From NCBI RefSeq assembly GCF_009914755.1, contig NC_060926.1: a DNA stretch of 64,000 nt. One strand, given 5' to 3'. The translations under genes and the position numbers were made by a program. The stretch's first letter is position 1; the number at the start of each line of letters is the position of its first letter. The notes under the pieces were generated by a model, which had not been told where the DNA came from, searched no databases, and saw only the letters and a list, made by a program, of their open reading frames with translations. This DNA is from the human T2T-CHM13v2.0 reference genome, Homo sapiens. Shown here piece after piece: positions 61,949 to 64,000 of the stretch.

Positions 61949-62081
61949 TTAAATTTTTAGAAATGAGAATCTAAGTCCCACTAATTCTCATTTTTAAAAA
62001 CTGACAGGGTTTGCATGCAGGGTAGGGAGAAACAGGATCTGTAATGGTTTTGTAGCCACTCCCCTCCAAATTCTATAACAG

Positions 62082-62608
62082 TGTGGTCGATTAAAGATGG
62101 TGGCAAACTCTTTTTCTTCTTCACATTGGGAAACGACGTCTAATTTTCTTCCCCTTGAATCTGAATTGGTCTTAGTGACTTGCATGATCAATGGAATGCA
62201 GCAGAAGACGTGCTGGGAGTTTCAACACTACTTCTTGATTTTTACCCAGGACTCTTAAAATGTTCTCTCTGCTACTATGTAACTAGCTGCTACAACAAGG
62301 AGGATGCTGCGGAGGCCACATGGAAGTCCTTTGGTAGATGGTTCCAGTAAGGCTCAACCTTGCAGTCATTTTTGACTGGGCAGACATATGAGTGAAGTCA
62401 TCCTGGGCCCTCCAGCCCAGCCCGCCTGAGAGCCGAATACTAACAAAGGTACTCTATTGATGCCACCGGGAAGAGAAGAACAGCCCGGCCAAACCCTGCT
62501 GGAATTCTTGACCCATGAAATTCTGATATAACTAGTTATCAAATGGCTATTATTTTAAGCTACTAAGTTTTAGAGCAGTCTTGTAAGCAGCAATAATTTA
62601 CCAGAACA
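62082..62608 (+). mobile_element. MLT1H/G-like MaLR solo LTR
   Basis: tgtggtcgattaaagatgg..ccccttgaatctg..ttttaagctactaagtttt..gcagcaata..agaaca. Confidence 0.8.
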
Positions 62609-63047
62609 CACAGTGATATATTGATCTTTGTACTTAAAAGCAACAGAATGAGGTGGAAGAAAAGGAGGATGTGCTGATTGGAGAAGGCAAAGGAGGAGAA
62701 GTGGAAAAAATTCTCTGAAAAGAGATCATAAATGCCACGGACACCAATAAAAGATGAACTAGAGATTTAGAGGACCCACAGTAAGTTAAAAAAAATCCGA
62801 GTCCAAAGTTTTTTGCAGGCTGCTACTGTGATTTTGGGTGACTCAACAACTTTGGCCCAACTTCTTAGAGATTCAGAGAGAAAATGGCAGTAAAATTTCA
62901 CCTCATGCAGATGCTGTGAACAGTAATGAATAAACATGACAAATAAATATGCTGCAAACAAGAGCTAAAAATGCTATGTAAGAAGCAATCTTTGCACCTA
63001 CTAAAAATCTTTCATCAGATGATTTCAAATTGGAGGTGTCTCAGGAG

Positions 63048-63096
63048 AAAAAAAACACTGAAAATACAAACAGATTTTATTTTTTGTACTTTTATT
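63048..63096 (-). terminator. Candidate polyadenylation signal(s)
   Basis: AATAAA at 63096-63091 and 63081-63076, followed by TCTGTTTGTATTTTCAGTGTTTTTTTT. Confidence 0.6.
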
Positions 63097-64000
63097 GAAA
63101 AGGTACATTTAAAAAAATACACAGACATTTTACCATTTACAGGTTGCAGATATAGATGCTCTAAAAGAGTCCACTCTATTTTGTTGTTCTATGATAACTC
63201 TTGCCCCTGATATCACAAACATTCCAGTCTTGTTGATATCGGCTTAGAAAGGGGGGCATGGGAGCATGACCTGCAATATATTCAGCGAACAGAAAGACAA
63301 ATTGTTCAATTATAAATTTTTTTATCTTCTGTACATTATTGCATTAGGGAGCCACAAAATTATGTAGCATCATTACAAATGAAAACAGGTTAAAAATGAA
63401 GAAGATACTTATATAGAAATACATGGATTCATTGTCTTCTTGCAGAATGCACAAGAGGTGCAAAAATGTGCAATTTAGGAAGCTCTTTTTCTGTTTGTAT
63501 ACGTTTGCTTAGCAACACAAACCAGTGAGGAAGCTACAAAATAAGTTAAACAAAAATAGCAAACAGGTAGTAATTATAGCTATGTTATATGGCTTTCTAT
63601 TTCATTTAAATATCTCCAAATAAAATGTGAAATAAAGAAAATACATTATTTTATCTTTTATTCTCTTACAGAGAAAATTCAAAGCTACTTTGCTTCCTAA
63701 CATTTACACAGCAACTAAAAATGTTTAATTCAGACAAGAGATACAGATCTAGTACTACACAGGATACAGCAGTACTTGGGTCGAAACAGTACACAATCCC
63801 TGTCAACAACAGTACACCAAAAAGAGAACTTTGTGATCCGTTGGTAAGATAGTATCCACAAGTAAGCACTTGTGTTCACTGTTTTTTGTTCCACACTAGA
63901 ATACACCCAGTTGGATACCAGAGTTATTTACAGACATCTGAGGAAGATCCTAGTTTTCAAGTCTGTCAGGAAAATATTCCATATTGTTTTAAGCCAGATC
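63060..64000 (-). other. Probable 3'UTR / terminal exon of a minus-strand gene extending beyond the window (tentatively ZNF385B from recalled neighbourhood only)
   Basis: Repeat-free AU-rich sequence; tandem AATAAA on minus strand with several upstream UGUA motifs and downstream GU/U-rich tract; gene identity not verifiable from this sequence. Confidence 0.55.

Overview
AT-rich, CpG-depleted primate (human-like) genomic DNA that is essentially intergenic and dominated by interspersed repeats: Alu, primate L1PA/L1PB, older L1M, L2, MIR, MaLR LTRs and hAT DNA-transposon fossils. No intact protein-coding exon is evident; nearly all long ORFs in the track are L1 remnants, Alu read-throughs or simple-repeat artefacts. 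Main landmarks: (1) a full-length L1PA4-like element (6963-13144, 15-bp TSD) nested in ORF2 of an older L1; (2) a ~1.08-kb alternating purine-pyrimidine compound repeat (18162-19243); (3) a minus-strand processed RAD52 pseudogene (~20269-22048) with a clean in-frame 102-nt deletion that looks like a skipped exon covering the RAD51-binding region; (4) four good CTCF motif matches, one of which has a 49-bp degenerate copy inside a patchwork of locally templated sequence ~950 bp upstream; (5) the probable 3'UTR and poly(A) site of a minus-strand gene at the right edge. I found no evidence of a new multi-gene system. The most notable items are the fossil splice isoform and the DNA-repair/retrotransposition scars. 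Repeat subfamily calls and parent-gene comparisons are from memory of consensus sequences, not from a search.
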